64,000 nt of DNA. Origin: a virus. A program made the position numbers and the translations under genes. The notes under the pieces were generated by a model that saw only the letters and a list, made by a program, of their open reading frames with translations, was not told the DNA's origin and did not search any database. Below, piece by piece: positions 10,193-21,000 of the stretch. The stretch lies in IMG/VR virus record IMGVR_UViG_3300020411_000483, positions 1-64,000 of that record. The stretch is one strand, 5' to 3'. Positions within the stretch are counted from its first letter, which is position 1. Each line of letters begins with the position of its first letter.

Positions 10193-10337
10193 GTTCTTCC
10201 ATCTCCAATTCTAGTATTGAAGTATTTATAGATTCCTCAACAGGGGTTCTATTCTGCTCCGAGTGCCAATCCCTCATCCTCTGAATCCACTCTCCTGGTG
10301 TGGGAGTCATCAATATGGGGGTTAGGATACCAATCAT
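10119..10337 (-). CDS. hypothetical protein (heavily overlapping, uncertain)
   Basis: 72-aa ORF overlapping both neighbours in different frames. Confidence 0.35.
   Translation of the reverse strand: MIGILTPILMTPTPGEWIQRMRDWHSEQNRTPVEESINTSILELEMEEHGCDDSTEQEELLQLQGDGDKQGT
10223..10230 (-). promoter_or_regulatory. late promoter TATAAATA upstream of nuclease/gp17
   Basis: Exact consensus 30 nt upstream of the nuclease ATG. Confidence 0.7.
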
Positions 10338-10425
10338 CGTATTTAAAGATCCAAAATATAGTGTAGCCGACTGCTACTAACAGTATAGCACACATTATAT
10401 TTATTGACCAGACTACTTCACTCAA
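10249..10425 (-). CDS. small single-TM protein downstream of petE (not in ORF track)
   Basis: TTG start overlapping the petE end; MSEVVWSINIMCAILLVAVGYTIFWIFKYDDWYPNP..., 58 aa. Confidence 0.7.
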   Translation of the reverse strand: MSEVVWSINIMCAILLVAVGYTIFWIFKYDDWYPNPHIDDSHTRRVDSEDEGLALGAE

Positions 10426-10780
10426 CGTGAATCACCCCCTTCATTCCAGCACCAGCATGTGGATCACATTGAAACTCAAAATCTCCTGCTTCTGTAAAAG
10501 TAACTGGAAATTGCTCTCCACTCATAAATGCTAAGTCGGGATGAGATAACTCATCATGTCCTGCAAATACTACATTGTGAGGAGGTAACTCACCATTCAC
10601 AAATGTAACTGTATCTCCAACACTAACTGTTAATTCATTTGGTTCAAAAATTAAATTTCCCCCAGAACCCATTTGTATAGTATCAGCAGCATATGCTTTT
10701 GCTGCCAACGTCATTGATAATGCTAAAGATGTTAGCATGATAGTGATTCTACTCATCCACCACATTATTTGGTGTTTCAT
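10418..10780 (-). CDS. petE: plastocyanin
   Basis: Signal peptide ending AYA; L.FEP.ELTV..GDTVTF, PHNVVF, C-DP-H-AGAG-M type-1 Cu ligands. Confidence 0.95.
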   Translation of the reverse strand: MKHQIMWWMSRITIMLTSLALSMTLAAKAYAADTIQMGSGGNLIFEPNELTVSVGDTVTFVNGELPPHNVVFAGHDELSHPDLAFMSGEQFPVTFTEAGDFEFQCDPHAGAGMKGVIHVE

Positions 10781-10783
10781 AAT

Positions 10784-10945
10784 TTATTCCTCCTTTAGGA
10801 TGTAATCAAAAAAATGAGGATGCTCCCTTAGATATGGGACATCCTCTTTGCTGTGTTGCATTGCTTCGTATGCATCTTGGGCATACTCGCAGATTTCTAA
10901 ATGTTGTTGGTCGAGGGTATGATACCCTACAGTGTAATGAGACAC
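10784..10945 (-). CDS. small His/Tyr-rich protein upstream of petE (not in ORF track)
   Basis: GTG start; MSHYTVGYHTLDQQHLEICEYAQDAYEAMQHSKEDVPYLREHPHFFDYILKEE (53 aa); its 3' end supplies the AGGAGG RBS of petE. Confidence 0.8.
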   Translation of the reverse strand: MSHYTVGYHTLDQQHLEICEYAQDAYEAMQHSKEDVPYLREHPHFFDYILKEE

Positions 10946-10978
10946 GATTTATAGCCGTGGGCTCGCTTAATACACTTT

Positions 10979-10986
10979 TATTTATA
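10979..10986 (-). promoter_or_regulatory. late promoter TATAAATA upstream of the petE cassette
   Basis: Exact consensus; a second TATAAATC at 10946-10953. Confidence 0.75.
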
Positions 10987-10993
10987 AGTAATA

Positions 10994-11128
10994 TTACTCA
11001 ATGTCGTTTCGGTTTGAAGACGCTGTTCGTATCTCCTTACATTTCTTTTTGAAGTCTACCTGATCAAGTAGTCTCTGAGTTGCAGCCAGTCTTTCTGCCT
11101 TTTCTTTTGGACTTTCCTTCCGTTCCAT
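10994..11128 (-). CDS. small hypothetical protein (not in ORF track)
   Basis: ATG...MERKESPKEKAERLAATQRLLDQVDFKKKCKEIRTASSNRNDIE (44 aa); fills the gap before the late promoter. Confidence 0.5.
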   Translation of the reverse strand: MERKESPKEKAERLAATQRLLDQVDFKKKCKEIRTASSNRNDIE

Positions 11129-11318
11129 AGTTTTCGATGAATTGCTTGTAAGTCAACGGTGGCTTGACCATTTCCTTTTGGGCTAACTTATTAGCCGTAG
11201 CATACATCACTTCCTTGTCACGTTTACCATAAAGTCTTTTAAAGTCAGAGGAACGACGTTTCATTCCTTTGACTATTTTTTCAGCTTTCTGATTTACAAG
11301 AGGCATATCAACCTCCAA
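11064..11318 (-). CDS. basic hypothetical protein, possible internal head protein
   Basis: KAEKIVKGMK...YGKRDKEVMYATANK motif and LTYKQFIE; true start may be the ATG of MPLV. Confidence 0.7.
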   Translation of the reverse strand: MEVDMPLVNQKAEKIVKGMKRRSSDFKRLYGKRDKEVMYATANKLAQKEMVKPPLTYKQFIENYGTEGKSKRKGRKTGCNSETT

Positions 11319-11844
11319 CTACTTGTACCTCTTCAACTATAATTGCTTGACCACCAGCAGTTATTTTAACTGCTCTCTGTACTATTGCTTGGTTACCAGA
11401 GTAAGCATAGGTGTAGTCAGCACTAGCTGATGAAGAGTCAATATCTGTACTTATTGTAGTATCTGTTGCTGCTGTTACCTTTTTACCAGCAGTTACTGCT
11501 GATAAGAAATTACTGTCAATAGCAGGAGAAGTGCTGTCATCCACCACAGCGATATAATCTCCTGTTGAAAAAGGATGTGTTGCAGACCTTTCTCCAAGAT
11601 TAGTTCCTAACTGATAATCTGCTGTTGAATCATCAACTGCTTTTTGTATCCTTGCTTGTCCAGGCTTAGCATTACCCTTTAAAAGTACTGGGGAGTTTGC
11701 AAAAACTTGGATTACTGGTCCTGCTCCAAATTGTACTGTAGATGCTGCTGTAGCACTTACACGATAGAAACCAGTTTGTACCACTTGATACTCAGATTGA
11801 GATGCACTTATAGAATTTGTGCTTAATACGTTAAGGACTGTCAT
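11308..11844 (-). CDS. hypothetical beta-rich virion-type protein
   Basis: 178-aa Ser/Thr/Ala-rich ORF; GATAAATA late-promoter variant at 11869-11876. Confidence 0.8.
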   Translation of the reverse strand: MTVLNVLSTNSISASQSEYQVVQTGFYRVSATAASTVQFGAGPVIQVFANSPVLLKGNAKPGQARIQKAVDDSTADYQLGTNLGERSATHPFSTGDYIAVVDDSTSPAIDSNFLSAVTAGKKVTAATDTTISTDIDSSSASADYTYAYSGNQAIVQRAVKITAGGQAIIVEEVQVVGG

Positions 11845-11851
11845 GTCGGGT

Positions 11852-12277
11852 CTATGTAGATTCGATATTATTTATCTCTTTTTGCTTCTTCAACATCTTT
11901 TGTAGGTCAGCAGTGCTTCCTACAAACATAGTATTATTAATTGTTGATGGTCCTTTCTTATCTTCTTTATCCAATTCTTTCATCTTACCTTGCAAGTCAA
12001 TCAACTTGTCTGTCGTATCTGCCACGTGTTTGATGAGTTGACCAGCAACTTCATAAGCACGAGGATGATCAGACGCTCGTGCCACATCAAGTATGCCATC
12101 TACTGCCTCCTGTCCTTTCATTACTAAGTTATGTAGATTAGCACGACTCATTTCATAGTCTTGCTTAATGTCTTGCGTCTCACTCTTCTTGAGTGATGGC
12201 TTGACTGCTTCTACATGCTTCTGTAATTCAGAAGGTTCTGCTCCAAATACTTTGTCTAGTCCATCGAAAGTTGCCAT
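11852..12277 (-). CDS. gp16: terminase small subunit gp16
   Basis: DYE.SRANL, HPRAYEVAGQLIK, NNTMFVGSTADLQKMLK. Confidence 0.93.
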   Translation of the reverse strand: MATFDGLDKVFGAEPSELQKHVEAVKPSLKKSETQDIKQDYEMSRANLHNLVMKGQEAVDGILDVARASDHPRAYEVAGQLIKHVADTTDKLIDLQGKMKELDKEDKKGPSTINNTMFVGSTADLQKMLKKQKEINNIEST

Positions 12278-12279
12278 AA

Positions 12280-13311
12280 TTAAATTGCCTCATCTGCACC
12301 ACTTAAAGGATTACGTTTCTTCATGTCAGTGAAGTCAGAATACAATTCGCCGAATCCGAAATCGTCATCAGCTTCGATGGTTGCATGATCTGCCTCATCG
12401 ATTTCAAGTATTCCTGATCCAGCAACGTGACCTGCAATAGTACTACCATTCCATCCACGTTTAACATGTAAGGTGCTACCGACAATCCTATCGATACGCA
12501 TTACCTCAGTGTCAATTTGAATGTTGGTATTCTCTGCAAGACTGGATACATCTCCGACTGTAATAATACCGTCGTTGATATCCATAGCATTGGTAAGTGT
12601 AGTAACTGCTGCACCAGTAACGTTGGTCAAAGCAACTGGAGTTGCCTGATAACGTACTTGTCTTGGTGCTGCTGTAGTGCTTGTAGAAGTATAGTAATCT
12701 GTGATAGCCTTCTTGATAACTTTGCTGTCTGTAACAGGACCGTATAGGTAAGTCTTTGCTGTAAACTGTAGAGTCCAAATGATTGCTCTACGTTGAGTAA
12801 ATTCTCCTTCGTAATCATCCTCATAGTCTACACTGTTTAGTGTTACTGGAACATCCTTAACTTCATTTACAGTAGTCAAGAGTTTGATAGAAAGATTATA
12901 ATGTGGTTGGAAGTATGGTAGTATCTGCTCTATAATCTGCAAACCATCTTCCTGATTCTTTGCAATGATTGCCAATTCAAATCCTACATTGTAGGGTACT
13001 GGCATAAATGCATTCTTATTCTTGGTTGTCGTACTAGCAATTTTAATCTTTTGAGTAGGTGATACCTTCCTTGATGAATCATAGGTAATCCCATTCATTT
13101 CAAATGAGATTCTAGGAAGAGTAATCTGCACTCTTTTATTGGTAGGGTCAGGCATCTGATCCAACCTTGCCAAGAATTTCTGCTTAGGACCATATGCCAA
13201 AGGCACTTTCATGACCTCGTTTGCTCTCCTCAATTCGATGTTATTAAACATCGTACCAAAGGCAACGACAGTCTTCCTAAAAATTTCGTGATAACTATAT
13301 GTGCCTAACAT
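12280..13311 (-). CDS. gp15: tail sheath stabiliser/terminator gp15 with an extra C-terminal beta domain
   Basis: VPLAYGPKQKFLARL, LPRISFEM, QIIEQILPYFQP, F.AKTYLYGP. Confidence 0.95.
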   Translation of the reverse strand: MLGTYSYHEIFRKTVVAFGTMFNNIELRRANEVMKVPLAYGPKQKFLARLDQMPDPTNKRVQITLPRISFEMNGITYDSSRKVSPTQKIKIASTTTKNKNAFMPVPYNVGFELAIIAKNQEDGLQIIEQILPYFQPHYNLSIKLLTTVNEVKDVPVTLNSVDYEDDYEGEFTQRRAIIWTLQFTAKTYLYGPVTDSKVIKKAITDYYTSTSTTAAPRQVRYQATPVALTNVTGAAVTTLTNAMDINDGIITVGDVSSLAENTNIQIDTEVMRIDRIVGSTLHVKRGWNGSTIAGHVAGSGILEIDEADHATIEADDDFGFGELYSDFTDMKKRNPLSGADEAI

Positions 13312-14237
13312 TAGATTGTAGTGTCAGTAAGTGATCCAACAGAACCAAATGGATTTGTCTCAGAGAAGTCAATGATATCATTATCTCCTATTTCGTAATC
13401 AGCGTTTTGGTCATATTCTGAGTTGGTATTATTTATCGTGTTGTAAGATGCTGTTGTCCAGGAGGCACTTGATGTCCCACCTGTAATAGTTTCTGGAATC
13501 TGGAAAGTCCCAGAGCGATTGATAACAATAAGAGTGCGTGTAGCATTATCCCAAGACTTAACCTCAGCAGTAACATTACTTGTTCCTCCAGTGACAGTCT
13601 CACCAACGGTGAAGTCGCCACTACCACCTGCTACGAGACCAACAGTAATTGCATTAGCAAACGCAGTCTCGATAGCATCAATCTCAGCGATTCCAGTATC
13701 AATTTGCTCATCAGCATACTGGAAGAGCTCACACTGACATTCCCAAACATATCCTTTTCCTAGTTGGTAGAAAGGTTTCTCTACTTCTACAAACTGTATC
13801 TCAAACAAATGCTTTGTTACGGGGAAGTAAATTAAATCCCCCTCATTTGGTCGTCCCTCGACATTAAGTGTAACATTGTCGTCCACTTTTTCTTTAAACT
13901 TTTTACGGGATAAGATAAACGTCGTCTTATCTTCGACTCGTACGCCAAATTTGCTAAGAAGTTCTCCTTGGCCCTCCCATCCTTCGACATTATTGACATA
14001 TGCTCGGATTGGGTAGTTGGTCGAAAAAGTGCTGTTATCAACTTCATCTAGTATAGTGTCCCTGTTAATATAAGTCCTAGGTAAATAATACACGTTTTGG
14101 CCATAAATTTCAATAGTCTCAACTATAAGATTTTCTATAAATCCTTGCTCTTGTGATGATCCGTTGATATTAACCCGACATGCACTGGTATAATCGGACT
14201 GGACACAAGGGTTTGCTGGAGAATTACTGTATGCCAT
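13311..14237 (-). CDS. gp14: neck protein gp14
   Basis: E.IEIYGQNVYYLPR, RPNEGDLIYFP, PFYQLGK, DFSETNPFG. Confidence 0.95.
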   Translation of the reverse strand: MAYSNSPANPCVQSDYTSACRVNINGSSQEQGFIENLIVETIEIYGQNVYYLPRTYINRDTILDEVDNSTFSTNYPIRAYVNNVEGWEGQGELLSKFGVRVEDKTTFILSRKKFKEKVDDNVTLNVEGRPNEGDLIYFPVTKHLFEIQFVEVEKPFYQLGKGYVWECQCELFQYADEQIDTGIAEIDAIETAFANAITVGLVAGGSGDFTVGETVTGGTSNVTAEVKSWDNATRTLIVINRSGTFQIPETITGGTSSASWTTASYNTINNTNSEYDQNADYEIGDNDIIDFSETNPFGSVGSLTDTTI

Positions 14238-14238
14238 A

Positions 14239-15045
14239 TTAGCCTACTAAATCCATTGGTGGTATTTCATAACGATCACGAAGTTGTGTTTCTAAATCTG
14301 TTTTAAATGTAGAAGCATCTTCGAGTATTTGACGACCATTGAGTGTCACACCACCCAACATTTGAATACCGTCATATTTACTTAGGTTCCTTCCCCACTG
14401 TTGTTGGAATAATGCTTCAATATAATCCTTCAACCAGTTATCATTAAACATATCTGTAAAGGTTGTAGGGTCTTGACGCATCTTCATATCGACCATTATA
14501 TAATCACCTGCTTGTAAGTCACCCCAATCGAAGTCAAGATATAATCTATTGCTATGCTCATTCCATCTAACTCTTCTATTTGCTTGAGAGTTAGTAATCC
14601 AGTCTAATGTTTCAAGATACTGGGATGTCATAAAGTAATGTAATATCTGACCATGAGTCATGGCATAGATATCATTCAAGAAAATCTGGTATTTGATATT
14701 AAAAATATTTCCAGGTACAACACTAGATGCTCCTATACCTGTGAATACTTGATTAATACCTAAAACTCCTGGTGGAGTTGATATGTAATTCTTTTGGCCA
14801 TACCATGTGGTAGACCCTTCTTGATCCCACTCTTGTGCAGCAGTCTTAATTGCATCAGTAACTTCTACTCTCATGAAAGCATCATAACTTCCATTGTAAT
14901 GATACTCTTGATAGTAATCAATTCCTTCTTCGATTAAGTCATCCAGTTGTTCATCACAAACGTTAATATCAATCGCAGGATAACCTAGTCTGCGAAGTGC
15001 ATACAATTTTAATTCTGCTTTAGTGGCTGGTCTTGTAGCTGACAT
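14239..15045 (-). CDS. gp13: neck protein gp13
   Basis: YALRRLGYP.I.INV..EQ, QWGRNLSKY.G.Q..GGVTLNG. Confidence 0.95.
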   Translation of the reverse strand: MSATRPATKAELKLYALRRLGYPAIDINVCDEQLDDLIEEGIDYYQEYHYNGSYDAFMRVEVTDAIKTAAQEWDQEGSTTWYGQKNYISTPPGVLGINQVFTGIGASSVVPGNIFNIKYQIFLNDIYAMTHGQILHYFMTSQYLETLDWITNSQANRRVRWNEHSNRLYLDFDWGDLQAGDYIMVDMKMRQDPTTFTDMFNDNWLKDYIEALFQQQWGRNLSKYDGIQMLGGVTLNGRQILEDASTFKTDLETQLRDRYEIPPMDLVG

Positions 15046-15050
15046 TTATT

Positions 15051-18000
15051 TTAAGCGAATGAGGAAATAGTCAAGTTAGTTACATCATTAGCACCAACGG
15101 TCTCTCCTTTCTTGAAGAATCCATCTACATTATCAACGGTAATTGCGTTAGTACCAAGTGCGGTAATAACAGCAGTTGTACCAGAGGTTCCCCCTGTTAC
15201 TGTTGCACCAACTTCCATCGTTGTGATATCTGAAAGTGCGAATGTTGCATTAACAAATACGGTAGCAATATCAATCGTTGCACCGTTTCCATGAATTGCA
15301 GAAACTGGGATAGTAGCATTTCCACCACCACCTGAGATAGTGATGACTTCAGATGCAGCGTAACCAGATCCATCATTATTAATTGTGACACCCGTTACTG
15401 CACCAGCAGAAGTTGTAATATCAACTGTCAATCCTGTACCAGATCCACTAGAAGATGTAGCAACTCCAGTTGCATTAGAGTATCCACTACCACCAGCACT
15501 GATGCTTCCAAGTGTCTTAACACCAGATGCGTTAGCATTAGCAATAGTTATTGTGTTTCCAGCAGCATATCCTGAGCCAGCAGTGTTAACTGTGACTCCA
15601 GTAATACCACCACTAGATGCTGTAATATCGACTGTTAGACTTGATCCATCACCTCCTGTTGCAGAAATGTTAGTACCTGAAGCGTATCCTGTGCCAGCAG
15701 TTAATGTTGCGTTGTTAAAGGTCTTAACACCACCAGCATTAGGGTTAGCGATTGAAAGTGTATCTCCAATTAGATATCCACTACCAGCAGCATTCAGAGC
15801 GATTGCAGTAATCACTCCACCTACTGTAGTAGTATCAACTGTTAGTCCACTACCTGTGCCTCCAGTGGTAGCAACTCCAGTGCCATTAGAGAATCCACCA
15901 ACACCATCGTTGGAAATGGATCCGAGAGTTACAACGGATCCAGGTGTTGGGTCTCCAGAGAGATTTAATGTTAATGTTGTTGAGGTCGCAAGGTTATTCA
16001 ACATTGCTCTTAATTGCTCATAAGCATTGTCGAGTTTTGCTTGGACTCTTGCCTCTGTATAGTAGAGGTTAGTTCCTTCTGCAAGACCACCAGTATTGTG
16101 GTTGGTTAGGTTTGCTGCCTGAGTAGCAGTTGCAGGAGTAATGTTAGCACTACCATCGAATGATGTGCCACCGATTGTCCTTGCTGTTGCTAGAGCAGTT
16201 GCAGTTGCTGCGTTTCCACTTGTGTCTTGACTACCAGCAGCATTAACGCCTGGTAGGTTGATATTGGCAGACCCATCAAAGGATACTCCACCAATCGTGC
16301 GAGCAGTTGCAAGTTTAGTTGCAGTTCCAGCATTACCTGTTGCATCACCAGTCACGTTACCAGTGATAGGACCAGCGAATCCTGTTGCAGTCAGAATTCC
16401 AGTCGCAGAGTTAAAGGTTAGGTTTGTACCAGTCTTAGGTGCTAGGTTACCAGTGGCACCTGTTGCGAATAGGACGTTACATGATGTATCTGTAGATTCA
16501 TCAGCAAGTGTAACGGTTGTTGCTATAGCAGCAGTACCAGAAGTATCTTGGTTACCAGCAGCGTTAACGCCTGGTAGATTAATGTCAGCAGAGCCATTGA
16601 AGGATACACCACCAATATTTCTTGCTGTTTCTAAAGTCGTAGCAGTGTCAGCGTTTCCAGTAAGGTCACCAGTTACATCTCCTGTTAACGTTCCGACGAT
16701 GTTTGTTGCCGAAAGAGTGTTAGTAGAAGGATTGTAAGTGATACCAGCGTCAGTATATACAGTCTCAGCAGTAGCTGAACCGTTGTCACTGTTGACAAAA
16801 GTTGGATAGTATGATGCATTGCCAGATCCTTGGATAGTCTTGACCTGCGTTGCTGTATCAGCATTACCAGTTAGGTCACCAGTTACATTACCTGTTAAGG
16901 TTGCAGTAATAGTGCCAGCAGCAAAGTTGCCTGATCCGTCTCTTAGGACTAAGTTATTCGCAGAGTTGGATGCTGTTGAAGCAACGTTAATTGTTGTGTT
17001 ACCTGAAACACCATCAGCATTTGTAAGAGTAACACCAGAGTTAGCTGTAACAGCTAATGTGCGTTGTGCATATGTATTTGCAGCAGTCCTTACAACGTAT
17101 CCTGTGCCAGACATTCCTGCTAAAGCAGTAATATCAGCATCAACAAATGTTGTAGTAATGCTTACGTCTGCACTACCGTTGAATGCAACGGTACCAGAAA
17201 CAGCTCCAGCAACAGCAATATTTCGTGCTGTCTGTAAAGTTGTTGCTGTAGATGCATTACCAGTTAAGGCAGCAGTAATTGTACCTGCTGCGAAGTTACC
17301 AGATGCATCACGATTAACAACTGTAGATGCAGTATTTGCAGTAGCAGTTGTCATGCCATCTAACAAGTCTGCGTTTAGATTGTTAATCTTATCTGTTGTT
17401 GGAATAACAAGTGCAGGACCAGATGAAACCTGTGAGATGATTTGACCATCTACAGTTAGTGTGCCATCTATATTTGCATTGTTATCAATGTCAACTGATG
17501 TACCAGCACCAGTTACATTAATAGACCCAACTCTTAAAGCACCATCGGTGCCTGCCATTACCTCAGCAGTATTTGTAACTGTTGTTAGGAATGTGAACTG
17601 TTGGGAGGATCTATCGAATCCGAAGAAACCAATTTTCGCTGAGCCGTCGTAATAACGGAATTCAACACCACGATCCTTAGCGTCGTCAGACGACGGTGCT
17701 GTGTCACCACCCAAAGTAATAACAGGGTCGTCGAGAGTAGTGACCGTGCTGTTGACAGTAGTGGTTGTGCCATTTACAATTAGGTTACCTCCAACCGTCA
17801 TGTCGTTGTGTAGAGTAGCATCTCCTGTGCTTACATCTACCATAAATGCGTTGCGTGTGTTAGCAGAATCATATACGATAAAGTCTCCACCAACGTAGGT
17901 GTTCTTATCGATTGTTGCACCACCAGCAACTTGCAATGCAACTGATCCATCTGCTAGAGATGTTGCTTCGTCTGTATTACTTACTACTAAATTACCTGAT

Positions 18001-21000
18001 ATATCTGCACTGTTGTTAAGGTCTAAAGTACCTGTCAACTCTGTATTGCCGTAGACTCGTGCCCCGCCACCAACTGCTAGGTTTTTAGCTAGTCCTATAC
18101 CACCAGAGAATCTTGCAGCACCATCAGCAGCATATGATCCTGTTAGAGTTTGCTCTGTGTTATTAGTATGTGTGTTGACACCTGATGTGCCAAATGTATC
18201 GTTAATCTGTGTCGCATCACCAACGGTTAATGTACCAATAATGTTAGTGTTACCGTTGTCAGTATCAACTTCAAACTTAGTAACAGCAGAACCGTTTTGG
18301 ACCGTAAGAGTTTTATTAGCATCGTTAATTAATACACCTGATGTGATTGTAACTGCTTCATCTACGGTAAGTGTGCCGTCAATAACGGTATTACCAGTTG
18401 CAGCAGCAATAGTAAACTTGTTTGTGCCAATATCAAAGTTTCCATCAATTCCTACAGCACTTGTTACATCTAATGTACCAGCTATTACTGTATTACCATT
18501 ATCTGAATCGACAGTAAACTTATCTGCTCCAGCATTATTTTCGATGGTAAACATCTTACCATCACCATTGATGTTAACGTTACTTTGGAAAGTAGCATTA
18601 CCATCTACATTTAAAGTCGTATCAAAATCACCTGCACCATTTACAGTGAGGTCACCTGCAACAACTGTATTACCATTGTCTGTATCAATAGTAAACTTGT
18701 CAGCAGATGAATTGTTTTGTACTTTAAAGAATTTGTTATCTGCGTTGATAGTAACATTGTCTTGGAATGTTGCTCCACCATCAACGTTTAGAGTCGAATC
18801 AAAGTCAACTCCATTTGTTACATCAAGAGTACCTTGAATTTCTGTATTACCTGTAGCACCTAGGACACTAAACTTAACTGTGTCTCCAGAGTTTTTCTTA
18901 CCAACGAAAAGACCTTCGCCAGATCCTGTAGCACCAATATGTAAATTCTGAGCAATACCTCCACCACCATATACTCTTAGGTTAGAAGTATTGTGTGTAG
19001 CATAAGTTGGATTGTAAGCAACACTACTACCAACCCTAAACTTATATCTTACCTGCAACCAGTTCCGTAAACCCCAACTCTCTGTTCCACTATCTCTCTG
19101 GTTGAAGTTACCATTTAGATAGATGTCATTATTAAATAACACATCCTTAGCAAAGTAACCACCACCATCACATCTTAATGCACCATAGTCACTACTCTGA
19201 ATTTCATAAAGGTTTGTGCTGTTGTTTAGAGCAACGTTAGGCTCATCAGTTGATTCAAAGTAAACTAAAGATGCTACGTTTAGATTAGCATTAGCATCGA
19301 TATTACCAGTGTTAGTTAAGACACCACCAATCTCAGCATTACCTGTTGTAGTATGGAAGGTAGTTTTAGTTGTGCCACTACCATTCTTTAATTCAAATGT
19401 CTTAGAAGCACCTTGGAATACAATATTATCATCAAATCTACTTGTAGAGTTGGCACGGAATGTCCCATCTACATCTAAAAGTCCACCAATATTAACTGCT
19501 TGTCCAATACCAGCACCACCTGCTACTACCAAATCTCCAGTAGTATTAGATGTTGAGTTAGTATTTGTTGTAAGTTTTAAATTACCAGCGATGATCCCTG
19601 CATCTGTTCCAGAGAATACTTCTGAGGTATTTGTGGCATTGTAGAGGAAGGAGAATGCTCCTGTATGACCTCCAAGATCAGAGGCCGAATCGTCGTAACC
19701 AAAGAATCCAATTCTTGCTTGAGAGTCATAGTATCTGAATTCAACTCCTCGATCCTTATTGTCGTCCGAAGTTGGAGCAGTATCACCGCCAAGAGTAAGA
19801 ATAACATCATCCACCTGCATAGTAGTGGAATTAACTGTTGTAGTCGTGCCATCTACTTGTAAATCTCCATGTATCCTACAGGTACCAGAGACAGCTCTAT
19901 CATCACCTGGGTCGAGGTGTAAAGTAGCACCAGTTGATCCTATGTAATCAGCTTGGAATTTTGTCCCTTCAACATGTACCTTACCATTAGTTCCTTCAGT
20001 TGCTTTAATATCAACTAAGTCTTCTGCTGTAATATTAAGTGTGCTTGATCCTGCACCAGAGTTAGTAACACCTAAATTAAATGTTCTAGCATTACTTGAA
20101 TTCTGTGTAGACTGAATAGTGAAGTTTCCATCACCAGTCTTGTCTATAGTTTGTGAAGCCCCTCCGTCGAAGGTAACGTCTGGATCACTGAAATAGGATC
20201 TGACGTTGACATCAATCTCTCCAGCACCACCATCACCCGTATTATTTGCGCCAAACAGTAAAGCACCACTTGTGTTATTAACCTTGACATAGTTAAGATA
20301 GTTAAAACCTTTGTTTGCTGTAGCAGCAGTCTTCTCACTGTCTAACGAGAAGTCTTCCTTCGTATTGCTATCAGAGAAGGATATTTTATTGTTTTGAAGT
20401 TGAGTATTGTCAACACCAGCAGCAGAAATGCTAACATGACCTGCTGCTGATACATCAAAATCTTCTTGAGCAAAGGAAGCGAGTCCTTTTTGTTGTGTTG
20501 TAACAGCACCCAAGTATCTCCACGATCCAGCATCGCTAGTATCTGAATGAGTTGGTGCCCCAGCTCCTGCCGAAATACCCGCAATGGCTTGATAAAGCTT
20601 CGATGCGTTAGTAATCTTATCGTCTCTGGAATAGGTCGTTGCTGCATTATATGCTGCTGCTGTAGTTCCTTCTACTGCTGTTGCAATAGGAAGTGTCGCT
20701 GATGCTGTTAGTCTACCATATGCATCAACTGTATAGTTTGTAGCGTTAACAGTCTGTGATCCACCAGCAGATGTTAATGATGCTGCGTTATATTCAGCAG
20801 CAGTTACAGCAGTTGTAATTAGGTCAATGGTTGGGTTTGCTGATATACCACCACCATCTGAAATTTGAATTCTTTGTGCAGTACCAGTGATAGTCCTGGT
20901 TGCCATAGTACCAGCAGAAGTCCTAGAAATTAATCCAGTAGTTGTTAATCCTGCAACAGCAATCAGATCATTATCATATGGTTGAGCAGATGATCCCTCA

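Noticed and set aside
10987-10998. Palindrome as an NtcA box
   Set aside because: Spacing is GTA-N4-TAC, not GTA-N8-TAC; kept only as an unexplained palindrome.
10834-11052. 72-aa plus-strand ORF
   Set aside because: It is antisense to better-supported minus-strand ORFs and spans their promoter.
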